Assembly: GCA_047638635.1 (NCBI GenBank)
Contig: JBLIMM010000001.1
Coordinates: 1 to 56,373 of the forward strand
Direction: 5' to 3'
From: Pseudohongiellaceae bacterium
GTDB lineage: Bacteria; Planctomycetota; B15-G4
Length of the DNA stretch: 56,373 bases
Under the pieces are notes generated by a model. The model did no database searches, was not told where the DNA came from, and was given only the letters and a program-made list of their open reading frames with translations. How positions within the stretch are numbered: position 1 is the first letter of the stretch; each line of letters starts with the position of its first letter. Positions 54,960-56,373 of the stretch are shown here, in pieces. Made by a program: the position numbers and the translations under genes.

Positions 54960-56353
54960 GCTCTCGACCGCGGCGGTGGGTCTTGCTGATTCTTGCAGTC
55001 GCTGCTTGGTGGCGACTCGCCGGGCTCGGTGAGTGGAGCCTCGACGGGGACGAGGTTTACTCGTGGTTCGATGTGCAGCGCATCTTGTCCGGTGCCGACT
55101 GGTCCCATGGTGCGCGCACCCAACCCCTCGGTTATCTGGCCATGGCTGGGGTCGTCAACCTCGCCGGCCTCAGCGAGTTCACCCTGCGGCTGGCGCCAGC
55201 CCTTGGTGGCCTCTCCGCGGTGGCCATGCTCCTGCTCATGCGCCGGGACATCCTGCCCACGGGGACCGCCTTGGTTGCCGGAGCCGGTGCGGCCTTGTCC
55301 CCCTGGCTGATCTACTTGTCTCAGTCCGCGCGCTTCTATGGGGTGATGATGCCCCTGGCCACGTTGACGATCTTGTGGTCATTGCCCGGGCCCCGCCGTC
55401 GTCCCGTGGGGGCGGCCATCGCCTGGGTGGCGGCCATGGCTTGCCACCCCACGGCGGCCTTGCTGGGACTAGGAGTTTTGCTGCCGGCTCTGCACCCGCC
55501 CATCCCATGGCGGGGGCTCCTGGCCACGGCCGGGTTGGGACTGACCGCCCTCGGCGCCCTGCTTTTGGCAGACGACGGCACGTTGTTCATGGTGGCCCAG
55601 CGGGTCATCGGCAACGTCGATCCGGGGCAATACGACGCGGCGCACTTCATCCTCGGACTGGGCTACAACCTCGGCCCGGTGGTCGGCTTGCTAGCCCTGG
55701 TGGGCGTTTTTGTGGGGCGGCGAGCTCAAGGCCCAGAGTTCAGTGCTTTGGTCGCTCTTGCCGTTGTCCCCCCGGTTGCTTTGCTGGCCTTGGCCATGGT
55801 GGGTGTTTCTGCCCACCAGAGATACGCCGTGGTGGCCGTTCCTGCAGCACTGCTGCTGGCAGGGGCTGGGCTGCGCTGGCTGGCAGTGGAGCGTCGTTCT
55901 GCGGCGATGGCTTTGGTCGTAGCCGCTCTGGCGGTTCCCGCCCCGGCGCTTCTGGCTCACTCGCGGGACGGCAATCGCCACGACATTCGCGGAGTCGCCG
56001 CCTGGTTCGCCGAGCACGCCTCCAGTGAAGACCTCCTGGTGGCCGATGAACATGGCACCGTTGAGCTCTATTTGCACCGTCACGAAGGTCACAGTACGAC
56101 CATCGTGGCTGAAGACACCGATCTTCATGAGCAGCGGCGGCGGGACTACCTCGGCAACAAAAGGATGTGTTTTGTGGCGCTCAAGCTGAGTCGAATGAAC
56201 GGAGCGTACGACGAGAGTCTGATGACTTGGCTCAACGACTACTTTGAAGAAGTAGCGCGGATTGGCAGCGAGCCCCCGAACTGGGCTCGCCACGACAATC
56301 GCTTCCTGATTTTTCAGCGACGAGAACGCCTGATCGGCGGGCAGGGCCGATGA
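54956..56353 (+). CDS. GT-C fold membrane glycosyltransferase (ArnT/PMT_2-like)
   Basis: 465 aa with about 11 TMs. The first loop SLDGDEVYSWFD is a GT-C type acidic motif, and a soluble C-terminal domain follows. GTGA overlap with the upstream stop. Confidence 0.8.
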   Translation: MSSRPRRWVLLILAVAAWWRLAGLGEWSLDGDEVYSWFDVQRILSGADWSHGARTQPLGYLAMAGVVNLAGLSEFTLRLAPALGGLSAVAMLLLMRRDILPTGTALVAGAGAALSPWLIYLSQSARFYGVMMPLATLTILWSLPGPRRRPVGAAIAWVAAMACHPTAALLGLGVLLPALHPPIPWRGLLATAGLGLTALGALLLADDGTLFMVAQRVIGNVDPGQYDAAHFILGLGYNLGPVVGLLALVGVFVGRRAQGPEFSALVALAVVPPVALLALAMVGVSAHQRYAVVAVPAALLLAGAGLRWLAVERRSAAMALVVAALAVPAPALLAHSRDGNRHDIRGVAAWFAEHASSEDLLVADEHGTVELYLHRHEGHSTTIVAEDTDLHEQRRRDYLGNKRMCFVALKLSRMNGAYDESLMTWLNDYFEEVARIGSEPPNWARHDNRFLIFQRRERLIGGQGR

Positions 56354-56373
56354 CGCTATCCGTCGAACTCCTT
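56350..56373 (+). CDS. possible 5' end of the next coupled CDS (partial)
   Basis: The ATGA start/stop overlap pattern matches the rest of the operon (MTLSVELL...). Only 8 codons are visible. Confidence 0.25.

Overview
High-GC bacterial chromosome segment (about 60-65% GC by eye, not computed). It is densely coding, with about 51 CDS. I found no rRNA, tRNA, CRISPR array, transposase, integrase or recognisable defence or toxin genes. A Minf_1886-like conserved hypothetical and many Lys/Ala-rich basic tails weakly suggest the PVC superphylum (Planctomycetota-like). The first half (1-28.6 kb) is housekeeping: murA 3' end, ffh, rpsP, maf, rpmE, prfA, prmC, ssb, moaD/moaE, a PLP aminotransferase, a DnaA-like gene, tmk, holB, an S41 protease, moaC/mogA, efp and accB/accC. 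Several uncharacterised membrane or secreted proteins are interspersed. The second half (28.7-56.4 kb) is one large glycan-biosynthesis region with four parts. (1) A nucleotide-sugar block holds UXS, glmS, two epimerases and rfbA-like/rfbD/rfbB. (2) An 11-kb translationally coupled operon encodes Wza-like and Wzz-like proteins, four GT4s, an O-antigen-ligase-like protein, an AsnB-like amidotransferase and a polysaccharide deacetylase. Its gene content resembles exosortase (PEP-CTERM/XrtA)-associated EPS loci, but no exosortase is in view. (3) An antisense pair encodes a pseudo-receiver/HisKA protein with a degenerate ATPase domain and a 1412-aa TPR protein. (4) An ArnC-like GT2, a catalytically degenerate GT2 paralogue and a GT-C membrane transferase follow. 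The most unusual items are a DnaA-like protein with substituted Arg-finger, sensor-II and DNA-contact positions, an H1-like tail fused to a degenerate EndoIII-like domain, the dead-paralogue GT2 pair, the pseudo-kinase/TPR pair, and several in-frame tandem repeats. I see no clear-cut novel system. All family assignments come from motif recognition by eye and need HMM or BLAST confirmation.
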